Positions 37,083 to 46,665 of a DNA stretch of 64,000 bases are shown piece after piece; within the stretch, counting starts at the first letter, position 1, and the number at the start of each line of letters is the position of its first letter. This DNA comes from Actinomycetes bacterium (GTDB taxonomy: Bacteria; Actinomycetota; Coriobacteriia; WRKU01; WQUG01). The stretch is from NCBI GenBank assembly GCA_031272275.1, contig JAISUC010000023.1:4605-68604 (forward strand), read 5' to 3'. Below the pieces are notes generated by a model. The model was not told the origin of the DNA, did not search any database, and was given only the letters and a program-made list of their open reading frames with translations. The position numbers were made by a program, and so were the translations under genes.

Positions 37083-38372
37083 ATGAAACCAATCAAAATC
37101 GGACTGATCGGTCTGGGGACCGTCGGTGGGGGAGTCGTTGAAATACTGAAAGCACACCACGATGACATCGTGCGGCATGCCGGTGTCGACCTGCAGCTGG
37201 TGCGGGCAGCCGACACGAACGAGGCGCGGTTTGCCCAGCTGGGCTTGGGGCCGGATGTCGCGACGACCGACGGCTTTGCGGTGATCGCCGATCCGGAGGT
37301 CGACGTCGTGGTCGAGCTGGTGGGGGGCACCGGCATCGCGCATAAGATGGTCATCGAGGCTTTGAAGGCCGGCAAATCGGTCGTGACTGCGAACAAGGCG
37401 CTGCTGGCGACCCACGGCGAGGAAATATTCGCTCTGGCGGATGCGCGTGGGCTGGATATCCGGTTCGAGGCAGCCGTCGGTGGCGGTATCCCCATTTTGG
37501 GGCCGCTGACCCATTCGACGACGGCAAACGAGTTCAGTCGCGTGTTGGGTATTGTGAACGGCACCACCAACTATATGCTGACCCGCATGACCGAGGCCGG
37601 ACTCGATTTCGATACCGCGCTGAAAGAGGCGCAGGATCTGGGCTATGCCGAAGCCGACCCGACCGCCGACGTCGACGGCTATGATGCCGCCGCAAAAATC
37701 GCGATTCTGGCTTCGATGGTGTTCAACAGCCGCGTGACCTTGAACGATGTCCCGACGCAGGGCATCCGCGAGCTGGCTCCCGCCGATATCGCTTATGCGG
37801 CGGAAATCGGATACACGGTGAAGCTGCTGGCGCTGGCGAACAAAACCGACAGCGGCATCGACATCCGCGTGCATCCCACGATGATTCCCGCCAAGCACCA
37901 GTTGGCAAGCGTCGACGGCGTGTACAACGCGATATATCTGACCGGTGACTTTGTGGGCGACCTGATGTTTTTCGGCGAGGGTGCCGGTGCCGGTGCTGCG
38001 GCCAGTGCCGTGGTGGGAGACATTGTCGAAGCCGCGCGCACGCTGGGTGGCGGCACGGACGCCATCGGCTGCACCTGCACCGATAACCTGCCGATTCGCG
38101 CCCTGGATGACCTAGTCTGCAGGTATTATTTCCGCTTGATTGTTGCCGACCGCGCAGGCGTGATTGCCGCGGTTGCGCGCGTGTTGGCCGACCACCGGGT
38201 CTCGATGCAGTCGCTGATTCAGCGTGGCACCACGGCCGACGGCATGGCCGAGGTCGTCTATGTGACCCATGCGGCACGCGAGGGCGACATTCAGGCTGCG
38301 CTCGCAGAGATTCGCGAGTTGGATGTCGTGAGCAGTGTGGCATCCCTGATTCGTGTCGAAGACCTGGCCTAG
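37083..38372 (+). CDS. hom: homoserine dehydrogenase (with C-terminal ACT domain)
   Basis: N-terminal IKIGLIGLGTVGGGV Rossmann motif, catalytic domain, ACT domain; ATG 37083. Confidence 0.85.
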   Translation: MKPIKIGLIGLGTVGGGVVEILKAHHDDIVRHAGVDLQLVRAADTNEARFAQLGLGPDVATTDGFAVIADPEVDVVVELVGGTGIAHKMVIEALKAGKSVVTANKALLATHGEEIFALADARGLDIRFEAAVGGGIPILGPLTHSTTANEFSRVLGIVNGTTNYMLTRMTEAGLDFDTALKEAQDLGYAEADPTADVDGYDAAAKIAILASMVFNSRVTLNDVPTQGIRELAPADIAYAAEIGYTVKLLALANKTDSGIDIRVHPTMIPAKHQLASVDGVYNAIYLTGDFVGDLMFFGEGAGAGAAASAVVGDIVEAARTLGGGTDAIGCTCTDNLPIRALDDLVCRYYFRLIVADRAGVIAAVARVLADHRVSMQSLIQRGTTADGMAEVVYVTHAAREGDIQAALAEIRELDVVSSVASLIRVEDLA

Positions 38373-38495
38373 TGCGCCCGGTGTGCCGACCGGTGCAGCG
38401 ACTGCTGTGCCCGTTCGTTTGACGACAAACGCGGGGACGTGCTCCCCGTCTTATGCATGCGCGGAGAGCATGACCGCGCAGGGGGAAAGGACCGC

Positions 38496-39446
38496 ATGAT
38501 GACACGTATTTCCGTATCCGTGCCCGCGACGACCGCGAACTTGGGTCCGGGTTATGATTCGTTCGGCATGGCGCTGGAGCTGCGCAACGAGTTCAGCGCG
38601 CAGCTGGCGGATGACTGGTCGGTTGCGATCGAGGGGCAGGGTGCCGATGTGTTGCTGCACGACGGCGGTAACATGGTCGCACGCGGAATGGCGGCCGTGT
38701 TCGAGGCGGCCGGTCAGCCCGAGCTGCGTGCCGAGATTCACTGTCTGAATCGGGTACCGCTGGGCAGTGGGCTGGGGTCCAGCTCGAGTGCGCTGGTGGG
38801 GGGTGCGACGCTGGCGCGGATGTTGCTGCGCGAGGTGCTGGACAGCAAGTGGCGCATCAGCGACCAGGATCTGTTCGGTCTGCTGGCACAGCTGGAGGGG
38901 CATCCCGATAACGTGGCGCCGGCGCTGTTCGGTGGATTCACCATTTGTTGGACGGATGCGGATGCGCCCGACGTGCCGCGCTGCGAGCACTTTCAACTGG
39001 TCAGCCCCATGGCGGCGGTGATCGTGACCTCCAACCGGGAACTGTCGACGGCATACGCCCGCACCCTGTTGCCGGAGGTGGTGCCGCACGCCGACGCGGG
39101 GTTCAATGCGGCGCACGCGGGGCTGTTGGCGGGTGCCCTTGTGTCGGGACGGCTCGAGATGTTGCATGTGGCGGTCGCCGACAAGCTGCACGAGCCCTAT
39201 CGTGCCGCGGCAATCGGGGACTACGATCAGGTATCGGCGATCTTGCGCGAGGCGGGTGCCGATGCGGTCGCCATCAGCGGGTCGGGTCCCACCGTGATTG
39301 CGTTCGTGACCGGGTTTACGCCGAATTCGGCATTCATCAAGGCCGAAGGTATCGCCGAGAAAACCGCCGATGCCTTGGATGCGCTGGGTACGCGCAATGC
39401 GCCGCAGGCGGTGGGGTTTGCGGTGCGCGGGTTTATGCCCATGTAA
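38496..39446 (+). CDS. thrB: homoserine kinase
   Basis: GHMP kinase motif PLGSGLGSSSSA; ATG 38496 (MMTRISV..). Confidence 0.8.
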   Translation: MMTRISVSVPATTANLGPGYDSFGMALELRNEFSAQLADDWSVAIEGQGADVLLHDGGNMVARGMAAVFEAAGQPELRAEIHCLNRVPLGSGLGSSSSALVGGATLARMLLREVLDSKWRISDQDLFGLLAQLEGHPDNVAPALFGGFTICWTDADAPDVPRCEHFQLVSPMAAVIVTSNRELSTAYARTLLPEVVPHADAGFNAAHAGLLAGALVSGRLEMLHVAVADKLHEPYRAAAIGDYDQVSAILREAGADAVAISGSGPTVIAFVTGFTPNSAFIKAEGIAEKTADALDALGTRNAPQAVGFAVRGFMPM

Positions 39447-39475
39447 CTGACGCGCCCGTACCGTCCGAAACCTCT

Positions 39476-39519
39476 CGTCATTGCGAGGGCGGCGGCTTTT
39501 GCTGCACGTGGCAATCCAC
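39476..39519 (+). repeat. family B nested palindromic element
   Basis: CGTCATTGCGAGGGCGGCGGCTTTTGCTGCACGTGGCAATCCA followed by hairpin GGGGCGGGC..GCCCGCCCC. Confidence 0.8.
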
Positions 39520-39613
39520 CGGGGCGGGCATAGACCCGCCCCGGATCAATGTCACGGATGCGCGAACTCGCGCATCCACAAATTCCCCGGCTTGCGGGAT
39601 TGATGCAACCGTC

Positions 39614-39628
39614 GGGACGTACTCCCCC
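39614..39628 (+). repeat. family C 15-mer copy (one mismatch)
   Basis: GGGACGTACTCCCCC followed by TGATTTTTC. Confidence 0.75.
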
Positions 39629-39657
39629 TGATTTTTCAAAAAGTTTCAAATTACCCC

Positions 39658-39686
39658 TTGACAGAGTGTTCGTGGCATAATACTAT
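39658..39686 (+). promoter_or_regulatory. putative sigma70-type promoter of the padR module
   Basis: TTGACA (39658-39663), 17-nt spacer, TACTAT (39681-39686). Downstream palindrome ACAGTATGCTGT in the 5' UTR is a possible PadR operator. Confidence 0.4.
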
Positions 39687-39831
39687 ACGTTACACAGTAT
39701 GCTGTAGCGCAAGATATTGCGTCATCTGAAAGAACCGGATTCTGTACACCACGACCGCCGCAAGGCACCACCCGCACCACCATGTTCCACGGGCACGCAC
39801 CTGCACACTACGAACACGAAAGGAGGGGGAG

Positions 39832-40239
39832 ATGTTCCAACTGGGATCGGCATTATTGGACGGCTGCGTCTTGGCCGTGCTGTCGGGCAGCGACGCCTAT
39901 GGCTACAGCCTGACACAGTCCATCAAGCAAACCATCGACGTATCGGAATCCACGTTGTATCCGGTGCTGCGCCGTCTGCAGAAAGACGGCTTACTGGAAA
40001 CTTACGACCAACCGCACAACGGGCGCAACCGCCGCTATTATCGCTTGACTGCCGCCGGTGCCGCGCGTCTGGCGGGCACCGTACAGGCTTGGAAAACGTT
40101 TAAGGCCCAGGTCGACGCGCTGCTGACGACACCGGCCGCACCGGCCTCATCGGCGACACCGGCGACACCGGCCGCACCGACCACACCGACCACGACACCG
40201 ACACACCCGACATCGACCGAAGGGGGGGAGCGCGCATGA
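39832..40239 (+). CDS. PadR family transcriptional regulator (Pro/Thr/Ala-rich C-terminal tail)
   Basis: Winged-helix PadR signature YGYSL..STLYPVLRRLQKDGLLE; RBS AAAGGAGGGGGAG. Confidence 0.75.
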   Translation: MFQLGSALLDGCVLAVLSGSDAYGYSLTQSIKQTIDVSESTLYPVLRRLQKDGLLETYDQPHNGRNRRYYRLTAAGAARLAGTVQAWKTFKAQVDALLTTPAAPASSATPATPAAPTTPTTTPTHPTSTEGGERA

Positions 40240-40823
40240 ACCGCACAGAGTTCCTGAACGAACTGGCGCGCAGACTGAAAGGCCTGCCCGCAGACGAGCG
40301 CGCCGCAGCGCTGTCCTATTACGAGGAATACCTGGATGACGCCGGCGCCGAAAACGAAGCCGCGGCAATCGCGGGGCTGGGGACACCGGCACAGGTGGCC
40401 TCGGGTATCATCGGCGACTACGCCATCAAGGGCTTGGACGAACGCGGTTCCACTCCCGGTGGCGGACTGTCGATGCTCTGGGTGGTCATCTTGGGCGTTT
40501 TGGCGTCCCCGATTTGGCTGCCGGTGGGTATCGTGCTGGTGGCGGTCCTTTTATCGGTGCTGGCAACCGTGTTTTCCACGCTGCTGTCACTGTTTGTAAC
40601 GGCGATCGCGCTGGCTTTGGCGGGCATCGTCGGCTTTGGACTGGGCATCTACGTCGGTATCGCGCATTTCCCGACGGGGCTTTTCCTGTTCGGGGCGGCA
40701 CTCTTGATGATAGGGGTCGGCATCGGACTGTTCCTGATTACCGCGTGGCTGTCGCGCGTGGTGATTAACGGCATCGTCTACCTGTCGGCAAAAATGCTTC
40801 GCAGAAAGGGGGCACGGTCATGA
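40236..40823 (+). CDS. DUF1700 family membrane protein
   Basis: N-terminal MNRTEFLNELARRLKGLPADERAAALSYYEEY matches DUF1700; C-terminal TM helices; ATGA overlap with padR. Confidence 0.65.
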   Translation: MNRTEFLNELARRLKGLPADERAAALSYYEEYLDDAGAENEAAAIAGLGTPAQVASGIIGDYAIKGLDERGSTPGGGLSMLWVVILGVLASPIWLPVGIVLVAVLLSVLATVFSTLLSLFVTAIALALAGIVGFGLGIYVGIAHFPTGLFLFGAALLMIGVGIGLFLITAWLSRVVINGIVYLSAKMLRRKGARS

Positions 40824-41752
40824 CCATGCAACCGGTTTTCAAAACGCTCTGGTTGATTATCGCCGCGCTGGTAATTGTGGGTGCCGGTCTGGGCGCGCTG
40901 GGTTTTGCCCTAGGCGTGCGCGAGTTCGTGATTACCGGCACGGGGCTCCATTTCCTGGATGAAATGGGTGGCACGCCTGCCATCAGCGAGGAAACCAGCG
41001 CCGCCGCATTCAGCAAAGTTCGCTGTGACCTGGGTTCGCCCGACGTTCGGTTCGTGACGGCGGCAGACGGAACGTATGGCTACCGCATCGAAAACAGCCT
41101 GAAATCGGAAGTCACCGCCGCCGTCCAGGGCGACACCCTGGTGATTACCGAGAACAGCAAGTTTCATTTCACCGGCTTCAACTTTCTGTCGACCACGGCG
41201 TATTGTCGCGTGACCATCACCGTGCCGGCAAACGTCACGCTGGATTCCGTCGACGTCAACCTGGCCAGCGGCAACCTGAAAACAGGGTCGCTCGACTGCG
41301 ACCGTATGACAGTCAGTGCCCATTCCGGCGACATCGATCTGACGGGATTGACGGCGGGCACGCTCTCGGTTGAACTGACCAGCGGCAACCTGAAGCTGAC
41401 CGACACGCGCGCAGACAACCTCGACATCGACCTGACCAGCGGCGACGTCACCGGCAACGACGTCACCTACGGCAAACTGGACGTCGACTCGACCAGCGGC
41501 AACGTCGAACTGTCAGGCGACGTGCGTGACGCGATCACGCTGGATTTGACCAGCGGCGACGTGCAGCTGAACCTGACGCGCCCGCGCAGCTATTACAGCA
41601 AACAGATCGACACGATTTCAGGCGACGTGACCTTTGACGGCGATTCGCTGTCCGACGGCAGCTATGACACCGACGCAACCGGATCCATCCGGGTCTCGAC
41701 CACGTCCGGCAACGTCGATATCCGCTTTGGCACCGCAGCTACGGTGAACTGA
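40820..41752 (+). CDS. DUF4097 family protein (putative beta-helical adhesin-like, LiaG/LiaF-C-like)
   Basis: N-terminal TM plus repeated LTSGNL/LTSGDV beta-solenoid-like units; third gene of the PadR-DUF1700-DUF4097 triad. Confidence 0.65.
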   Translation: MTMQPVFKTLWLIIAALVIVGAGLGALGFALGVREFVITGTGLHFLDEMGGTPAISEETSAAAFSKVRCDLGSPDVRFVTAADGTYGYRIENSLKSEVTAAVQGDTLVITENSKFHFTGFNFLSTTAYCRVTITVPANVTLDSVDVNLASGNLKTGSLDCDRMTVSAHSGDIDLTGLTAGTLSVELTSGNLKLTDTRADNLDIDLTSGDVTGNDVTYGKLDVDSTSGNVELSGDVRDAITLDLTSGDVQLNLTRPRSYYSKQIDTISGDVTFDGDSLSDGSYDTDATGSIRVSTTSGNVDIRFGTAATVN

Positions 41753-41863
41753 CCGACGTTTTGACAAACCAATGGGGGGGAGCATGCCGCCCGCGTCCGC
41801 GGAACCAACGCGCAGCCGCTCCCCCCACGTTGACACACATACGATTTCCCTGCCGTCACTGCG

Positions 41864-41890
41864 AGCGCGCAAAGTGCGCGTGGCAGTCCA
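41864..41890 (+). repeat. family B variant element
   Basis: CGTCACTGCGAGCGCGCAAAGTGCGCGTGGCAGTCCA. Confidence 0.6.
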
Positions 41891-41956
41891 TTCTGCGACG
41901 AAAGGGTTATCGGATACGACAAACACGACAAACACGATGGAGAAAGGAACACACCC

Positions 41957-42160
41957 ATGACTGAATACAAGAAACTCTACCGCAACACCGACAACCGCAT
42001 GATAGGGGGAGTCTGCGCCGGGCTGGCGGACTATTTCGCAATCGACCCGACCATTATCCGTCTGATCGCAGCGGCATTGCTGCTGTGCGGAGTCGGCAGC
42101 CCCGTGCTGGTCTACATCATCATGTGGATCGTCATTCCCGAACGCCCGACAGCCGCATAG
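41957..42160 (+). CDS. PspC domain membrane protein (phage-shock-protein-C-like)
   Basis: RNTDNRMIGGVCAGLADYFAIDPTIIRL PspC signature followed by one TM. Confidence 0.65.
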   Translation: MTEYKKLYRNTDNRMIGGVCAGLADYFAIDPTIIRLIAAALLLCGVGSPVLVYIIMWIVIPERPTAA

Positions 42161-42204
42161 CACCGACTCCGCTCCCGTGGTTTGTTTGTGGAATCCAGGT
42201 AACG

Positions 42205-42240
42205 GCGCGGTGCGTAAATTCGCACCCGCCACAGTCTTTT
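42205..42240 (+). terminator. terminator-like hairpin after pspC
   Basis: GCGGTGCG taaatt CGCACCCGC followed by CAGTCTTTT. Confidence 0.4.
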
Positions 42241-42295
42241 GCGATACTGTATAGCACGATGATTACAAACAGCGTCATACAGGACGGCGTGAGCC

Positions 42296-43876
42296 GTGGG
42301 TAAACACTCGCGCAAAAACTCCGGAAAAGGTGGCTGGGGTACCGGTCGCGAACGCGCACGTTTCGAGGACCGCATCGGCTCCGGCAGCGCCGGCAGCGCG
42401 CGTTCGCGGGACAACAGCTCGCGCGTGCCGACGGCACGTCGCAGCTCGCAGCGTCTGTCGGGCAATGCTCCGACCGGCAGGGTCGAACGCGACATCGCGT
42501 CGGCACAAATCACCGGCACCGACCTGATTCCCGAATCGGCACGCGGGGGGAAAAACGCCCCGGCACGTCTGATGGCGGAACGCGACCGTCGTCGTCAGCG
42601 TCAGCGTAAACGCACCATCGCGATTGTTGTCACGGTCGCCTGCCTGTTGATTGCCGCTGTCGCAGGCGGTCTGATCTATTACAAGGTTCTCTCGGGCCGC
42701 ATGGTGGACCAAGACTTCAAGCCCACCGGCGATGTCGCCGAACAACCCAAAGCTGCAGACCCCTATAACATCGTTTTATTCGGTGGGGATGCCCGTAAAG
42801 GGCAAAAGGCCTGGCGGAGCGACGTGATGATTCTGTGTCACGTTAACCCCGAAACGAAAAAAATCTGGATGATTTCGCTCCCGCGTGACCTGAAGGTCAA
42901 GGTCGAGGGTCACGGCACCCAGAAACTGAATGCGGCTTATGCATTCGGTAAGGCGACGCTCGCGGTGCAAACCATAGAAGAGTTCACCGGGCAACATGTC
43001 GACCACTTCTTGTCGGTAAACTTCACCGGTTTCGAGAAAATCGTCGATTCGATGGGCGGCATCGAGATCAACGTGCCGGTTGCCATCAGCGACCCCAAGG
43101 CCACCTATCCCAAAGGGGCTGCCTGGTCGAAAATCGACAAGGGCAAGCAGATTCTCGACGGCAAACGTGCGCTGGTCTTCGTTCGTTCGCGTGCGTATCC
43201 GACCGGCGACTATCAGCGCATGAAAAACCAGCAGGCGTTCTTTAAGGCGCTGGCCAAACAGATGGGTAACGTCGAGGTCACCAAGATGCCCGGGCTGATC
43301 GACACCGTGTCGCAATACGTCACGACCGACCTGTCGCCGCTGGAGCTGCTGGATTTCGCCAAGGAAATGCGCGGCGTGACCTCGGCCAATATGGAAACCG
43401 AGACCCTGCCCAGTCACTGGTCGAACGAACAGAGCTACGTCATCCAAAGCGACAAGGAAAAGAAGGAAGCGGCCACCCTGTTCAAAAAGTTTGAAAACGA
43501 AGAGCCCTTCAAGGACGAAGAGACCACAAAGACCGCAACCGCAGCATCCACGATGAAACCGTCCGAGGTCGCCGTCACCGTGCGCAACGGGACGACCAAA
43601 TCGGGCATCGCCAAACAGGCCGCCGCCGTACTGAAAGCCCGCGGCTTTGACGTGGGCGAGGTCGGCAACATGGAAAACCAGTCGGTCTATGACGAGACCC
43701 TGATCATCTACAAATCAAAGAAAGCTGCCGCCGAGCTGGTGGCGAAATATCTGCCGGAAGGCATCAAGCTGGTCGAATCGCGAGGCATGTATTCCTATGA
43801 CACCGAGGTCATGGTGGTTCTGGGCAAGAACTGGGATATCGAAAAGGTGCCGGTCGCGGATGTCAAAACGAACTAG
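42296..43876 (+). CDS. LytR-CpsA-Psr (LCP) family phosphotransferase with C-terminal LytR_C domain
   Basis: N-terminal basic region and TM; LCP core LFGGDAR..RSDVMILCHVNPETKKIWMISLPRDL; C-terminal LytR_C-like domain; GTG start. Confidence 0.75.
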   Translation: MGKHSRKNSGKGGWGTGRERARFEDRIGSGSAGSARSRDNSSRVPTARRSSQRLSGNAPTGRVERDIASAQITGTDLIPESARGGKNAPARLMAERDRRRQRQRKRTIAIVVTVACLLIAAVAGGLIYYKVLSGRMVDQDFKPTGDVAEQPKAADPYNIVLFGGDARKGQKAWRSDVMILCHVNPETKKIWMISLPRDLKVKVEGHGTQKLNAAYAFGKATLAVQTIEEFTGQHVDHFLSVNFTGFEKIVDSMGGIEINVPVAISDPKATYPKGAAWSKIDKGKQILDGKRALVFVRSRAYPTGDYQRMKNQQAFFKALAKQMGNVEVTKMPGLIDTVSQYVTTDLSPLELLDFAKEMRGVTSANMETETLPSHWSNEQSYVIQSDKEKKEAATLFKKFENEEPFKDEETTKTATAASTMKPSEVAVTVRNGTTKSGIAKQAAAVLKARGFDVGEVGNMENQSVYDETLIIYKSKKAAAELVAKYLPEGIKLVESRGMYSYDTEVMVVLGKNWDIEKVPVADVKTN

Positions 43877-45701
43877 CACACGCGCTACCCACGCTACCCA
43901 CGCAATCTGCACCCAGATTTCGCCGCTGCGCGCGGTCTGCCGTCTGTTGGCAGTCGTGGTGCTGTGTAGCGCTGCACTGGCGTCACCGTCCGCGTACGCA
44001 GCCGACATCCCCACCTTCACCTTCCGGGGCACCGGTTGGGGTCACGGACTGGGGATGTCACAGGACGGTGCGCTGCAGATGGCCCGCGAGGGCAAAACGA
44101 CCGACGAAATCCTGAACCACTATTTCACGGGCATCGAAATCGAGAAAAAGACCACGTCCCCGCGCGTTTTGGTGAACTTGGACGCGAACAAAGCCACGCG
44201 CAGCACCTGGACCATCGCACCGGGATACGCCACCGGATATCCCTCGACTTCAAATCCGGGCGACACCTTAACGGTGGAGTGGAAGGTCGACACCGCCACG
44301 CAGACCACGGAATATGCGGACAGTGCAGGCCCCTTCACCTTCGGTGTGAACGGTGACGGCAACATCACGGTCACGTCCGCCAAAACCGGTACGAAACTTG
44401 CGACTTTCCCGGTGACGGCGCTGAACATCCGCCCCAAAGCGGTCGACCCGGGTGCCGACCTGCTGTGTGTCGTCGACACCTCGGGACCGTACGGTACCGC
44501 CTACGCCCGCTATCAGGGTTACCTGCAACTGAAAGTCGTTTCCGGCAAGCTGCGGCTGGTGAACAGTGTCGGCATGGAGCACTACCTGGACAGCGTGGTT
44601 GCCGCCGAAATCGGCAAGGGGACCACGGCGACCCGGGCTGCCCAGGGCGCACAGGCGATATGCGCCGCGTCTTTCGTGTATCCCAAGGCATCCAAGGGGA
44701 CCATCGTCAGCTGCACGACATCGGACCAGGTCTACAAAGGGCATAGTTACTTTGCCGGCGCCACCAAACGCGCGTCGAACTCGGCGACGTCGCTCTTGGG
44801 TTCGGTCGCAAACGCCGCCGTCAAAGAACAACTGCACCGTTACGTGACCTATAAAGATGCGGTGGTGGCAGCCTATTTCTGCGCATGCAACGGGGATGCG
44901 ACGGCAAATTCCGAGGACGTCTGGGGCAGCAAGCTGGGATACCTGCGCAGTGTCGCCGACCCCTATTGCGCGAAATCACACACCGGCCACGCATGGACGG
45001 TCGTGCAAACCGGCATGCAGGTGGCCGCAACCTTAAAGGCAAAAGGGGCGTCCGTTCCCACCGGGGCCGGCAGCAGCGTCTATGTCAGCGACCTGAACCC
45101 GACGCGGGGTACGGGTGGCTGGGTGAAGCAGCTGGAAATCTGCTGGTCGAACGGCAGCAAAACGACCATCAAGCTGGCCGATAACGTCCGCATCAAACTG
45201 GGCCTGAAAGCCGCAAACTTCGCCGTCACGAACTCGAACGAGCCGACAGGTGCTACCTCCGATACCACCCCGGCAGAAACCACAACGACACCGGCTGTCA
45301 CCAAACGCACCTATCAGGAAAACAATGCGCTGGTCAAACGTGCGCGTGGCAGCTGGAAACGCGTCAGCCACAAAAGTTTCAGTGCGAAAAAGGCCTATCG
45401 CTCGCGGACCCGCAACGCCAAAATCACCCTGCGTTTCACCGGCACCGCGATCGCTTGGTACGGACAGACCTCGCCCGGGGCAGGACGCGCCAAGGTCTAC
45501 ATCGACGGAAAATACAAAAAGACCGTCAACCTGAAATCGGCAAAAACCAAGCGTGTCGTCAAACTGTATTCGGTGTCAAAACTCTCGGCAAAAAAGACAC
45601 ATCGCTTTTCGATTGTCGTCACCACCAAAAAGAACTCGCGAAAATACGGCTACGTCTATCTGGACAAAGTCGTCGTCACCGCGGGCAAACTGGTGAAATA
45701 G
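43860..45701 (+). CDS. SpoIID/LytB domain protein (secreted, with Lys-rich C-terminal beta domain)
   Basis: Signal peptide, SpoIID signature GWGHGLGMSQDGALQMA; ATG 43860 overlaps the LCP stop by 17 nt. Confidence 0.7.
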   Translation: MSKRTSTRATHATHAICTQISPLRAVCRLLAVVVLCSAALASPSAYAADIPTFTFRGTGWGHGLGMSQDGALQMAREGKTTDEILNHYFTGIEIEKKTTSPRVLVNLDANKATRSTWTIAPGYATGYPSTSNPGDTLTVEWKVDTATQTTEYADSAGPFTFGVNGDGNITVTSAKTGTKLATFPVTALNIRPKAVDPGADLLCVVDTSGPYGTAYARYQGYLQLKVVSGKLRLVNSVGMEHYLDSVVAAEIGKGTTATRAAQGAQAICAASFVYPKASKGTIVSCTTSDQVYKGHSYFAGATKRASNSATSLLGSVANAAVKEQLHRYVTYKDAVVAAYFCACNGDATANSEDVWGSKLGYLRSVADPYCAKSHTGHAWTVVQTGMQVAATLKAKGASVPTGAGSSVYVSDLNPTRGTGGWVKQLEICWSNGSKTTIKLADNVRIKLGLKAANFAVTNSNEPTGATSDTTPAETTTTPAVTKRTYQENNALVKRARGSWKRVSHKSFSAKKAYRSRTRNAKITLRFTGTAIAWYGQTSPGAGRAKVYIDGKYKKTVNLKSAKTKRVVKLYSVSKLSAKKTHRFSIVVTTKKNSRKYGYVYLDKVVVTAGKLVK

Positions 45702-45943
45702 CACCCGCAGATACCGCGCAGCTGAACACCGGCTCCGACATCATGCTCCCCCGATCCCCCCGGTCAGCAGGATTTATTGGTTTTCGCGGTTGTAGTCGTC
45801 TAGGATGAATTCGGCGCTTTCGCTCCACATAAGTGTTTTGGTGTCTACTGGGCGCCGATAGGTTTGAGAAATACGGAGACGTCCCTATAGGTTTTCTATG
45901 ACGACGTCGATTGTTGCAAGCGGTGAAAGCGCCAGACGCGGAG

Positions 45944-46480
45944 CTATGTCTGCTGCCGCGTGATAAAGGCACCCATTCCCGGAACGGTGAAAGCCACCCG
46001 TCCGTGCCGCGTTGCATAAATGAGCCCACGGGCGATCAATTCTGCTCGCCTGGGCGCCAGCTTGTTTGATGGCGTGTCCAGTCTGCGCGCGATGTCGGAT
46101 GTGGCGCTGCCCAGGGGCGTTTCAACGGCAGCCATCGCCGTCAGGTACTCTTTTTGCTTGGTCGTTGCCCGATCCCAGCGTGACTTGAAAAAGCCTGCAT
46201 CTAAATGGGCGATTGCTGAAACGCGTCCGTGTTCGACGGCGTCAAGGTCGATGTGGTTTGTCTGTGCGACATTCCATGTGCAAGCCCCGAATTCCTGGAT
46301 GAAGTACGGGTAACATCCGGATAGTTCCAAAACCCGTTCGGATGCTTCATCGGTCCAGTTAACGCCTTGCGAAGCCGCCGGAGCCACCAACGCCTGCTTT
46401 GCAGCAGGCGGGTCGAGGAACGAGAGCTCCGAAAAATGAAAAAGCCGCTCAGAGTAGCTTTTTATTATTAGCTGAGACAA
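45944..46480 (-). pseudogene. C-terminal remnant of an AAA+ ATPase (DUF4143-type) gene; ATPase domain missing
   Basis: 178-aa ORF with only the post-AAA portion (..FSELSFLDP.. and a winged-helix-like C-terminus). Stop codon directly upstream of its TTG start, no Walker motifs, lower GC than neighbours. Confidence 0.5.
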
Positions 46481-46543
46481 GTCGAATCAACCCCCAACCC
46501 CCGAACCGGATGGCTGCTGTAACGGCGCCCGTCAGCTGCCATC

Positions 46544-46554
46544 TGTGCTAGAAT
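46544..46554 (+). promoter_or_regulatory. extended -10 element (TGTGCTAGAAT) upstream of ccmE
   Basis: TGnTAGAAT match; no clear -35. Confidence 0.35.
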
Positions 46555-46665
46555 CTATTCGTTAAGGCAGGGCAGGCGGATTCGTGGTCGGCACACAGAT
46601 GAATCTCACTGCATAATTTCACAGGCAGGGCACGTACAGGCAGGGCTACGCAAAGGAGCAGCGAC

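Noticed and set aside
41761-41964. Two small + strand ORFs (67 and 62 aa) upstream of pspC.
   Set aside because: They overlap a family B repeat copy and the pspC RBS region. No coding signal.
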